A stretch of DNA of 64,000 bases. It comes from Thermoproteota archaeon. Lineage in GTDB: Archaea; Korarchaeota; Korarchaeia; Korarchaeales; Korarchaeaceae. The translations under genes were made by a program, and so were the position numbers. The stretch covers positions 64,001 through 128,000 of the forward strand of contig JALSOH010000006.1 of the NCBI GenBank assembly GCA_026986575.1, written 5' to 3'. Below are positions 56,191 through 64,000 of this stretch, in pieces. Position 1 is the stretch's first letter, and each line of letters begins with the position of its first letter. The notes beneath the pieces are model-generated. The model did not search any database, was not told where the DNA came from, and saw nothing but the letters and a program-made list of their open reading frames with translations.

Positions 56191-57510
56191 TTAGGAGGTT
56201 GAAAATAGTGACCATCTTACCAGCGAGTCGGCCGATCTCAGCGCACGGCATGGGGTGGGGTAAGCGGGTATGCCTTTCCTCCTCAAGGAGAGGATAGCCT
56301 CCAAGGCCCTCTTACCACCCATTATCACCGGGATTATCGGCTTATCGTAAAGATCCCAGAGGTCGTATATCATGCTAGCGAACCTCATGGGATCGGAGAG
56401 AGCGGTCTCACAGTGTAGTGCAATGACGCCATCGACATCCCTCCTAGACAGGAGCACATCCAGCACGCCCCTGTAAACATCAGTCCCAGCTCTTCCTGTT
56501 ATGTCCACAGGGTTGGTGGAAAAATTCCCACCTTCTGGTACGAACTGCCTCATCTCCTCAATCAGATCATTGCCAGGCTCGGGTAAGTCAAGAATGGAAT
56601 CAGAAGCCATCCCCTTAAGGAGCTTTCCCGCCCCCCCGCTGTTGGTCACGGCGACGAAGGATCTCCCTCTGATCCTCTTACCGGAAAGTGCCAAGGCCAT
56701 GTCCAAGGCGGTGATCACGTCATCAGTTATCGGTAGACTACCTTGAAGCCCCTTCAACTCATCTATCACCCGATCTGAGGCTGTGAGGATAACTAGGGGC
56801 TTCCTTCGGGCCACCTCTTCGACTGTGGTCTTCAATGAACCGCTATCCTTAACACTCTCGGCATGCAGCACCAAGGACCGGGTGCTCCTATCCTCGGCTA
56901 GATAACTCAGAACTTCCCTCTCGCTGACATCCAGCTTGTCGCCCAGCCCTATCACCGCTGAGAGTCCGACACCTTGGACAGTGGCCAAGCCCATGAGTGC
57001 CATTCCTAGGGTACGGGACTCCGTGACGAGGCCAACTCCTCCCTCAAGCACCTCCATAGGACCCAGTGTGGCGTTGAGTCGGCTCTTGACGTGGAATATA
57101 CCCATAGAGGACGGGCCCAAGATCCTTATCCCGTGTTTCTGGGCTGACTCGTATATATCGTAGGAGGAGGGATCACCTCTCTTCCCAGAAATGACCACGG
57201 CGACCTTAACGCCCTTAGCGCCGAGCTCCCCCATGATCTTCGGGATCCTCTCAACGGGCGACACCAGAATTGCGAGATCTATGTCCTCCGTCACATCTAG
57301 AACCGTTTTATAGCACCTGATGTCGTGGATCTCCGCGTACTTCGGATTTACGGGGAATATGGGCCCGGGAAAACCGTACTTAACCAAGTTGGTGAGGACC
57401 TCGTAACCCATCTTGCCGGGCGTCTTAGACACGCCGATGACCGCAATGGATCTGGGCTCGAAGAGCGTCCTCAGTACATCCTCCTCTCCCAAAGAAATCA
57501 CCTCCCTCAA
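56191..57510 (-). CDS. ACD alpha-subunit paralog lacking the phospho-His loop
   Basis: PRSIAVIGVS, PVNP, TNSGGAG, NPVDITG, YPTP present; SHTGSLAG segment absent. Confidence 0.8.
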   Translation of the reverse strand: MREVISLGEEDVLRTLFEPRSIAVIGVSKTPGKMGYEVLTNLVKYGFPGPIFPVNPKYAEIHDIRCYKTVLDVTEDIDLAILVSPVERIPKIMGELGAKGVKVAVVISGKRGDPSSYDIYESAQKHGIRILGPSSMGIFHVKSRLNATLGPMEVLEGGVGLVTESRTLGMALMGLATVQGVGLSAVIGLGDKLDVSEREVLSYLAEDRSTRSLVLHAESVKDSGSLKTTVEEVARRKPLVILTASDRVIDELKGLQGSLPITDDVITALDMALALSGKRIRGRSFVAVTNSGGAGKLLKGMASDSILDLPEPGNDLIEEMRQFVPEGGNFSTNPVDITGRAGTDVYRGVLDVLLSRRDVDGVIALHCETALSDPMRFASMIYDLWDLYDKPIIPVIMGGKRALEAILSLRRKGIPAYPTPCRALRSADSLVRWSLFSTS

Positions 57511-58031
57511 CCTGATTCAGCGGCAACTGCCCTCCAGATCGCATCTCCGGCATGATGCAGATTCCTCACGGATCTGCCTCTCTCCTTTATCTGGTCCGGC
57601 GGTCTGAGTGCCCTGCCTATGGCTATGGTTGCTCCCAACCTCTCGTCGACCACGACTACCAAGTCTCCCTCGTCGAAGTCATCCATGACCTCCTTGATGC
57701 CCGGTCCCATGACGTGGGCTCCGCTGGCTATCGGTTTAACCGCCCCCAAGTCCACTACCACCCTAGGTAAATCGAGATCGAACTTCTCTACGGCAGTGAG
57801 GAACGGAATGAGGTCATTATCCTCGGTGGGGAGCTCGACGAGCACGGGTTCCCCCTCGTAGTAATAGACTCTGGCCACCTTCCCCCTCCATGGAACCTCG
57901 AGCACTTGGAACGAGATCTTCCTCTTCCTGAAGACGTTACTCATGCCCCTTATCTCCTTGACAGCTCTGTCTATAATGGCCTTACTCTGCTTTACTGTGA
58001 TCGCGTATTTCCTCCCCGGAATTGCCCTCAC
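57507..58031 (-). CDS. PUA-domain RNA-binding protein (DUF1947/MCT-1-like)
   Basis: VVVDLGAVKPIASGAHVMGPGI, GDLVVV, NLHHAGD. Confidence 0.88.
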   Translation of the reverse strand: MRAIPGRKYAITVKQSKAIIDRAVKEIRGMSNVFRKRKISFQVLEVPWRGKVARVYYYEGEPVLVELPTEDNDLIPFLTAVEKFDLDLPRVVVDLGAVKPIASGAHVMGPGIKEVMDDFDEGDLVVVVDERLGATIAIGRALRPPDQIKERGRSVRNLHHAGDAIWRAVAAESG

Positions 58032-58050
58032 CTTTGCGAATATAGTGAAA

Positions 58051-58127
58051 TGGCGCCCGGGCCGGGATTTGAACCCGGGTCTGGGGCTCGACAGGCCCCT
58101 ATGCTAACCGGGCTACACCACCCGGGC
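58051..58127 (-). tRNA. tRNA-Asp (anticodon GTC), intronless, CCA encoded
   Basis: GCCCGGG acceptor stem, anticodon arm GGGGC-CTGTCGA-GCCCC, TTCAAAT T-loop, GCCA 3' end. Confidence 0.96.
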
Positions 58128-58163
58128 ACCGGAGTAGAGGAGGCAACCATCATTATAAATATT

Positions 58164-59006
58164 TCACCGTTTCCGCCTCATGCTTTCATAGACCAGCTTC
58201 ATCTTCAAGGCGTCCCTTTCTAACAAGGGGGACTCAGAGATCACCAGCCACCGGACGTCCTTCTCCACCATGAGCTGAGCTAAGGGCTCGAATTCGGGGC
58301 CATAGCCAGAACCCAACTCGTGGTGCATCCTCTCTCCGTAACCCGACTTGGTGGGCTCCACCTCGGTGAAATGCACGACAAGGCCGTCTAATGTGCCCAA
58401 CCTGCCCTCTATCTCATCTAGGATCCTCTCATAGTCTTTCCTACCCCTGATTATGCCTCCATACCTCACGTGTATATGGGCGAAATCCACAGTCGGCACG
58501 ACACTATCAACACTCTCGGCCATGGTGAGCACGTCGTCTAGGGAACCTAGTTGCGAGGGCTTCCCCGTGGTCTCCGGGCCGAGCTCGACTTGGAGTCCTC
58601 TGCCCTTTATCACGCTGTGGAGATGCTTTAGAGCATTTATTGCCATCTTCAGAGCTTCATCTCTTCCGAACTTACCGTAGTACCCTGGATGGAATGTGAT
58701 GTGCTTCGCGCCTATTCTGTGGGCAGCCACGGCCGCGGATATGATTCTCTCAATGCTTGCTTCTCTCTTTTTGGGATCCTCAGATGCCAAGTTTATGGCA
58801 TAGGGTGCGTGAAGTGAGAGCATTACATCGTTTTCCTCCGCCTGCTCCCTTATCCATCTGAGCAGCTCCTTGCTCTTCGGAATAGATCTGACTGCTTGGT
58901 ACTCCATCCCATCCAGCCCTACGCTCCTCAGATATGTGAATGCCTCTTCCTTAGGGGCATCTAATGGGTAACCAGCTAGCCCAAATCGGGTTCTATCGAT
59001 GTCCAT
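58164..59006 (-). CDS. nfo: Endonuclease IV (archaeal AP endonuclease)
   Basis: SLHAPYAINL, FHPGYY, PETTGK..GSL, VDFAH, HFT, SESP. Confidence 0.88.
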   Translation of the reverse strand: MDIDRTRFGLAGYPLDAPKEEAFTYLRSVGLDGMEYQAVRSIPKSKELLRWIREQAEENDVMLSLHAPYAINLASEDPKKREASIERIISAAVAAHRIGAKHITFHPGYYGKFGRDEALKMAINALKHLHSVIKGRGLQVELGPETTGKPSQLGSLDDVLTMAESVDSVVPTVDFAHIHVRYGGIIRGRKDYERILDEIEGRLGTLDGLVVHFTEVEPTKSGYGERMHHELGSGYGPEFEPLAQLMVEKDVRWLVISESPLLERDALKMKLVYESMRRKR

Positions 59007-59121
59007 CCCTTCCTCGATCTCCCGTACAAGACATTATCCTTACACCCTTCGCCTCCTTTTACTGTTAAAAGTGTTTGATATAGGGTGGAAGGGTTATATA
59101 TCCCTTCCGGTCCTATATAGT

Positions 59122-59260
59122 GGGGTCGCCCGGCCCTTGGCGGGCTTAGCCCGATGTGCGGGCTATGGCCTACCACCGAAGCGGAAGGGGCCCTAAATTG
59201 GCCCCGATCTCGGGCGTCCTCAGGACGCCTCCCTCCGGACACCGTGCCGGGCGACTCCCC
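59122..59260 (+). ncRNA. Unclassified highly structured ~140-nt RNA
   Basis: 13-bp closing stem GGGGTCGCCCGGC/GCCGGGCGACTCC (one G-U), three internal hairpins, TTATATA box at 59094-59100. Confidence 0.65.
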
Positions 59261-59286
59261 GCACCTCCACCTCCTTCGGTGATAGC

Positions 59287-60354
59287 ATGGCATGGTTCCT
59301 GAGGCCTGATGCTTTCTCGGCCTTCGAGAACGAGGAGATAAGGGACACGATACCAAGGTACATAAGGGTAGTGAGGAGGGAGGAACCTCCCCTCTTCAGA
59401 CTGACTCAGAGGATCTTCTTGGATGTGGGCGACGATCCTTGGGCCACTCACGACGAGGGACTCCAGATACTCTCTAAATGCGTGGTAGAGGGAGAATGCC
59501 CTAAGGAGAAGAGGGATGGGAGGACCTCCTTGCTCGAACTCAAGGCACTCCTGGCCAAGGATATGCTCCGAGGGTGCAGGCTGTGCGAATGGAAGTGCGG
59601 CGTGAACAGACTTGAGGGGGAGATAGGCGCCTGCAGAGTCCGAGACTCACGGGTGGCGAGCGCCTTCATTCACATGGGAGAGGAAGCCCCTATAACTCCC
59701 TCTGGAACGATATTCTTCGCCGGATGCAACTTCAGGTGCGTATTCTGTCAGAACTGGGATATATCTCAATTCCCCGAATCGGGCAGGCGGGTGGACGAAC
59801 GGGGACTTGCGTCTATTATGGATGAGCTGAGGATGCAGGGCGCCAGGAACATTAATCTGGTCGGAGGGGAGCCTACACCCAACCTCCCCCTGATAATCTC
59901 GTCCCTCAACCTCGTCAGGGAGGACTTCCCCGTTGTGTGGAATTCCAACATGTACATGAGCGAAGAGGCTATGAAGCTCCTGCTCGGTTTGGTGGATCTT
60001 TGGCTGCCTGACTTCAAGTATTGGAACGATGAGTGTGCTAGGAAGTACAGCGGGATTCTTAGTTACAGGGAGACCGTAACTAGGAACTTGAAAATGGCGT
60101 ACGACTATCCGCCCGGGGAGATGGTGCTGAGGCACTTGGTCCTCCCTGGGCACTTGAACTGCTGCACGGAACCCATCCTCAAGTGGATCTCCGATAATAT
60201 CCCCGACATCTTGGTGAACATAATGGACCAATACAGGCCCGAGTACAGAGCCAGCAAGTTCGACGAGATAAACAGAAGGGTGACCACCGAGGAGATGATG
60301 AGGGCCTACAGGCTAGCTGATGAGCTGGGCCTGAGATGGAGGTCGGTCAGCTGA
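59287..60354 (+). CDS. PflX-like radical SAM protein (COG1313)
   Basis: CRLCEWKCGVNR..GAC, HMGEE..PSGTIFF.GCNFRCVFCQNWDISQ, GGEPTP, LPDFKY, RHLVLPGH, MDQYRP. Confidence 0.88.
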   Translation: MAWFLRPDAFSAFENEEIRDTIPRYIRVVRREEPPLFRLTQRIFLDVGDDPWATHDEGLQILSKCVVEGECPKEKRDGRTSLLELKALLAKDMLRGCRLCEWKCGVNRLEGEIGACRVRDSRVASAFIHMGEEAPITPSGTIFFAGCNFRCVFCQNWDISQFPESGRRVDERGLASIMDELRMQGARNINLVGGEPTPNLPLIISSLNLVREDFPVVWNSNMYMSEEAMKLLLGLVDLWLPDFKYWNDECARKYSGILSYRETVTRNLKMAYDYPPGEMVLRHLVLPGHLNCCTEPILKWISDNIPDILVNIMDQYRPEYRASKFDEINRRVTTEEMMRAYRLADELGLRWRSVS

Positions 60355-60916
60355 TCGTGAGCAGGAGCCTGACGATTTTCCACCTCAAGTCCTCTAGACT
60401 CCCCTCATTCAGGATGAAGTAGTCTGCTGCCGCGATGGCGTCCCCCAGATGGAAGGCCCTTATCTCCTCCCTATCCTCACCCAAGAATTCCTCATAACTT
60501 TCCTTGTCGAAACCCATCCTCTTCCTCTTTAGTTGCCTCAGGAATCTCAGGTTCTTGGATGCCAGTATTGCTATCGTCACCACCTTGTCACCGAATCTAC
60601 GTTCGAACTCTTCTATCTCCTCCAAATTCCTTATACCATTTACTACAAATCCCTTCCCTCCCTCCGTTTCCTCTATCCTCTTTATCACCAACTTAGCGAT
60701 TGCTGAAGGCCCCATCTTACCTCTAAGCTCAATCCCCACCTTTCTCATGTTCTCCCTAGTTACGGAGAGCCCTCTTTTCCTAAGCTCGTCCAGCAATTCA
60801 TCGCTCATCCTCAAAACCTTGAATCCCAGCTCCTCCTCGATTGCCTTGGCTGCCGCGTCTTTCCCGCTTCCGGGAAGTCCCACTATCAGGACTATTCTCC
60901 CACCGATCTTTCCCAT
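60347..60916 (-). CDS. Nucleoside monophosphate kinase-like P-loop protein (UPF0200/dephospho-CoA kinase-like)
   Basis: VGLPGSGK, NGIRNLEE, DREE, ADYFILNEG. Confidence 0.8.
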   Translation of the reverse strand: MGKIGGRIVLIVGLPGSGKDAAAKAIEEELGFKVLRMSDELLDELRKRGLSVTRENMRKVGIELRGKMGPSAIAKLVIKRIEETEGGKGFVVNGIRNLEEIEEFERRFGDKVVTIAILASKNLRFLRQLKRKRMGFDKESYEEFLGEDREEIRAFHLGDAIAAADYFILNEGSLEDLRWKIVRLLLTIS

Positions 60917-61027
60917 CTAGGGGCGAGACCTTGGCATCCATATAAAGATCAGCCCATACAGTGTCAGGGTCCATCCGGGGAGAGTGGTTTTAAAGAAGAG
61001 CATTTACGGGAAACGGGGATCTAAAAA

Positions 61028-61843
61028 ATGATCTCAGTGATAGAGATAGAGGCCGTAAGTCAGGGTGAGGGTATAGTTCCCTTCACGGGTCCCCCTCTGA
61101 GGCGTGCCCTGTTTAAAGCTCTATCATCTCAGAACCCTCTGCTGGCAAAGGCTTTAGAGATGTCTTCCAACAAGATATTCATTGAAGCCTTCCTCAGGGA
61201 CAGGAGGCAGTTACCGTGCGGCTTTCAAGATGATCTCGTGTATTCGGGATCTGAATATAGGGGATCGGTCATTATATTCGATGATAGGACTCTCGCAGAA
61301 GCTGTGAAGGGGTGGGTTTACAAGAAACCCACCATAAAGATAAGGGATGTGCCATTTAAGGTGGTGGGATACTCTTATCAGGAGATCGAGATAGAGGACT
61401 TCATACAGGATCAGCCTTGCAAGAACTTCAGGATAAGGTTCCTCACTCCCACATGCTTTAGGAGGACATCGACCCCCTATTGCTACTTATATCCGAACTC
61501 CAAGATGGTGGTCTCATCGGCATCCGCGGTCTGGAATGCGCTGTCGCCTAAGAAAGGGCCAGAGACCAGGATAATGTCCATGTGGGCCGATTTGAGTGTC
61601 GTAGAGACCGGATATGAGTTGTGCACAACGAAACCTGTCGAGATAAGTGAGGGCAGGACGTTAGTGGGCTTCATGGGCTGGGTCAATTACAAGGTGGTGG
61701 ATCATCCCGAATGGCACTCCGGCTCCCATGAGGAGATGGCCACATGGCTCAACACCTACCTGAGATTCGCGGAATTGGTGGGAGTCGGATACATGAGAAA
61801 TGCGGGATTCGGTAAGATAAGGTTCGAAGTGAAGAGGAGGTAG
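61028..61843 (+). CDS. cas6: CRISPR-associated endoribonuclease Cas6 (orphan)
   Basis: IRFLTPTCFR, GFMGWVNY, C-terminal G-rich loop GVGYMRNAGFG. Confidence 0.85.
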   Translation: MISVIEIEAVSQGEGIVPFTGPPLRRALFKALSSQNPLLAKALEMSSNKIFIEAFLRDRRQLPCGFQDDLVYSGSEYRGSVIIFDDRTLAEAVKGWVYKKPTIKIRDVPFKVVGYSYQEIEIEDFIQDQPCKNFRIRFLTPTCFRRTSTPYCYLYPNSKMVVSSASAVWNALSPKKGPETRIMSMWADLSVVETGYELCTTKPVEISEGRTLVGFMGWVNYKVVDHPEWHSGSHEEMATWLNTYLRFAELVGVGYMRNAGFGKIRFEVKRR

Positions 61844-61847
61844 CTTG

Positions 61848-62240
61848 TCAGGCGAGGGCCTCCACGGGAAGTCCCTCTATTCTCTCCATGAGCGGGATTC
61901 CGCTCCTCATCTCTATAGCCTTGTGCCTCTTAGCCCTGAAGATTCTCTTCAGCTCAATGAATACCTGCCAGGTACTCTCAGCATCCTTACAGGACGATAT
62001 AGCCACAGTGACCAGTCCACGATCGGGCCACGTGTGCACAGCTGCGTGCGATTCCCCTATGATTGCTATGCTCAGGACACCTCCCTCCAGTCTCCTCTGG
62101 CTTAACACGTCGAACAGTGTAAGACCTGATCTCAGAACTGCTTCAACCAACGCGCTCTGGACGAATTCCACGTCATCGAGCATCTCAGGTTCCACATCGA
62201 GGAGCTCACCGACCACATGGAACTCAAAGGCCTTCACCAT
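61848..62240 (-). CDS. speD: S-adenosylmethionine decarboxylase proenzyme (or arginine decarboxylase paralog)
   Basis: HVVGEL, intact IGESHAAVHTWPD cleavage motif, ISSC; probable start MVKAF. Confidence 0.75.
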   Translation of the reverse strand: MVKAFEFHVVGELLDVEPEMLDDVEFVQSALVEAVLRSGLTLFDVLSQRRLEGGVLSIAIIGESHAAVHTWPDRGLVTVAISSCKDAESTWQVFIELKRIFRAKRHKAIEMRSGIPLMERIEGLPVEALA

Positions 62241-62554
62241 TTTACCGCACCTCCACCCCCATCTCATGGTGAGACCGCTCTAGCTCTTTAAAAACATTAT
62301 GAAAATGGATCTGGCAGCTTTAGAGAATGTATAGAGCGTTTATATCTGGGTTTATAGCGTCTATAAGGGTTCTCTAATGAGCTAGGATAACTAAATCGAA
62401 AAAGATAATGTTAAACTCTCAATTTCAGGTTCTCACCTATGCTCTCAAGCTTTAAGCGGTTTTTATAACTATTTTAGTTTGCAAAGATCACTAAAAATGC
62501 CCTTTTCATACCAAAACGCTTCTCATCCAATTTATGAGGGCTTGATTGACTAGG

Positions 62555-62578
62555 AGGGGGGGAGGGGGGGAGGGGGGG
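62555..62578 (+). repeat. (AGGGGGGG)x3 tandem G-tract, 5' arm of a predicted hairpin ending at 62626
   Basis: three exact A-G7 units; complementary C/T-rich tracts at 62601-62626. Confidence 0.8.
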
Positions 62579-62646
62579 TTTATATAGCCACAGATCTTTG
62601 TCCCCCAACCTCTCTCGGGTTCCCTCAAGCGATCCTTCAACCGTCC

Positions 62647-63690
62647 TCAGAAGAATCTCTCCAAGCTCCCGCTCACCTTGCGCTCTTCCTCCTCTGAAAA
62701 TCCCCTGACCATCCTCTCAAGAGTTGAGCTCCTGCTATCAAGTTCTGGCTCTTCGTTCAATTTGTTCGCCCTTTCTTCGACCCACTTCCTCAAGATTTCT
62801 TTGATGGCCTCCATCATAACCTCCTTCCAACGGGACATGTCCTCTGGGTCTATCCACTCATCTAGGTCCCTCTTTCCGAGCTCGTTATAGAATTCCTTAG
62901 TGTAGGCCTCACCCGTGGGTCTCCTACCTAGTGAGTAGAAGATCCATCCCAGAGATATCTTCTGGGTTATCTCAGCCCTGTCGCCTACTATGGAGAACTC
63001 CTCCTCTCTCAAAGCTACGAACTCGTCAACCCTGACAAGCTGACTGAGGTTGTCGTAGGTACTCTGAGCCTCATCCTCGATCACCCTGACGGCCTCCAAG
63101 CTCATCGAGAACTGCTTCCTGAACTCCTCCACCCCCCAGCTTCCAAGTAGAATGTTGATCTTACCCCTTATGTCCACATTCATGTCGTAGAAGTAGGGTA
63201 TCAGATCGGAGAGAATGGAGTGGATCTCCTCTAGGGGCTTCTCCCCTATGACTGATGAGTTGTCCGATGATCTAGTGAGGATCTCTGGGTATTCCGAGGA
63301 AATAGACGCGAGTTCCTTGATCTTAGGAAGCATCCTCTCAATTATGGCCAGACCTGATGATGCATCTAGCATTATTATGGGATTTTGTGCGAAAGCTGAC
63401 GCTGTACTACCGCCAGCCAGCCTGCCCAAGGTCCATAGGGAGTCCACAACCCTCCAATCTCCTCCATCCTCGATTAGGACTAGGGGATCAACCCTACCGA
63501 CCCTAGGCCTGTCGGGAGATGGGATCAGGTTTACGATGAAACCAGAACGAACGCTCTTCCCGTCCACTTCATATTCTCTAGTGGCTAGAAGGGACACGCC
63601 CGCCATCATCTCAATTATCCAAGGGGATTCCTCCTTTATGGCGCTGGCGAGGTAGTCAGCGTATTTCTCCCTTTCAAGCATGCAGGACAT
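62647..63690 (-). CDS. Hypothetical protein
   Basis: 347-aa open frame with typical codon usage; acidic; C-terminal SLERFF resembles a PIP-box-like end. Confidence 0.65.
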   Translation of the reverse strand: MSCMLEREKYADYLASAIKEESPWIIEMMAGVSLLATREYEVDGKSVRSGFIVNLIPSPDRPRVGRVDPLVLIEDGGDWRVVDSLWTLGRLAGGSTASAFAQNPIIMLDASSGLAIIERMLPKIKELASISSEYPEILTRSSDNSSVIGEKPLEEIHSILSDLIPYFYDMNVDIRGKINILLGSWGVEEFRKQFSMSLEAVRVIEDEAQSTYDNLSQLVRVDEFVALREEEFSIVGDRAEITQKISLGWIFYSLGRRPTGEAYTKEFYNELGKRDLDEWIDPEDMSRWKEVMMEAIKEILRKWVEERANKLNEEPELDSRSSTLERMVRGFSEEEERKVSGSLERFF

Positions 63691-63756
63691 TAACCACCCG
63701 GCACCTCCCGGGTCTCAACATACCTTCCGATAAGGACTATATAACCATCACTCAAG

Positions 63757-64000
63757 CTACTGGCCCTTCATTAACCTCTCTATGTACCTCGCGTGGAAAT
63801 CCATACCCTCCAGCTCGGCTATCCTGACAGACAGGTCCCCGAACTCCTTTACCAGTTCATCGCTTCCTCTAACTGTAAGAACCGACTTCATGAAGTCGAA
63901 CAGGGTTAAGGGACCTCTGAACCTGCTATACCTAGATGAGGGTAGTCTCTGAGGTACGCCAAGGGCATAATCTGCTAGAGGGGACGGGGTGTCCCAAAGC
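63757..64000 (-). CDS. C-terminus of histidinol dehydrogenase (HisD)-like protein (5' part outside window)
   Basis: own translation: LWDTPSPLADYALGVPQRLPSSRYSRFRGPLTLFDFMK...AELEGMDFHARYIERLMKGQ*, similar to HisD GDY..G..HVLP...RF...L...DF.K...EGL..HA. Confidence 0.65.
   Translation of the reverse strand, partial: LWDTPSPLADYALGVPQRLPSSRYSRFRGPLTLFDFMKSVLTVRGSDELVKEFGDLSVRIAELEGMDFHARYIERLMKGQ

Noticed and set aside
59122-59260. 5S rRNA, tRNA-Sec, SRP RNA or RNase P RNA as the identity of the structured element
   Set aside because: No loop C GAAC or correct 5S spacing (minus-strand GGCCATAGC and TAAGCCCGCCA are too close together); the TCA loop lacks U33 context and there is no T-arm; too short and lacks SRP and RNase P motifs
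58976-59451. ORFs 58976-59356, 58999-59196 and 59170-59451
   Set aside because: Pro/Arg/Gly-rich shadow frames over the GC-rich RNA element and the pflX antisense strand
62270-62640. Possible CRISPR array or leader near cas6
   Set aside because: AT-rich like a leader, but no repeated 24-40-nt unit with spacers was found
636-63655. Numerous Ser/Leu/Pro-rich antisense ORFs in the track
   Set aside because: Shadows of real genes on the opposite strand, caused by GAG/AGG/ATA codon bias

Overview
Gene-dense (about 50-55% GC) chromosomal segment of a thermophilic archaeon. Korarchaeota-like is my inference from AGG/ATA codon bias, GGTGA-type RBS and TATA promoters, and from gene content (single archaeal histone, rps25e, ACD alpha subunits, IOR, Tes/GGR/EgsA, split MetRS). 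It is mostly core housekeeping: mat, nurA-herA-mre11-rad50, ahcY, thiL, dtdA, a tRNA methylthiotransferase, tes-ggr, metG, egsA, ABCE1, iorAB, nfo, tRNA-Arg(TCG) and tRNA-Asp(GTC). I saw no transposase, integrase or CRISPR array. Three kinds of signal stand out. (1) Non-coding RNAs missed by the ORF track: a box C/D guide RNA whose two guides match 16S rRNA (one matches the anti-Shine-Dalgarno tail), an unclassified ~140-nt multi-branched RNA with its own TATA box in front of a PflX-like radical SAM gene and ~1.8 kb from an orphan Cas6, and two long G-rich hairpins (upstream of mat, and at 62.55 kb). (2) A UppP/BacA-like plus DedA(VTT) fusion near a PAP2 protein, a candidate lipid-carrier recycling module. 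(3) Several apparently catalytically dead paralogs: AdoMetDC without the pyruvoyl Ser, ACD-alpha without the phospho-His loop, PEP synthase without the His domain, and TusA with Cys changed to Ser. All calls come from motif recognition by eye; no searches were run.
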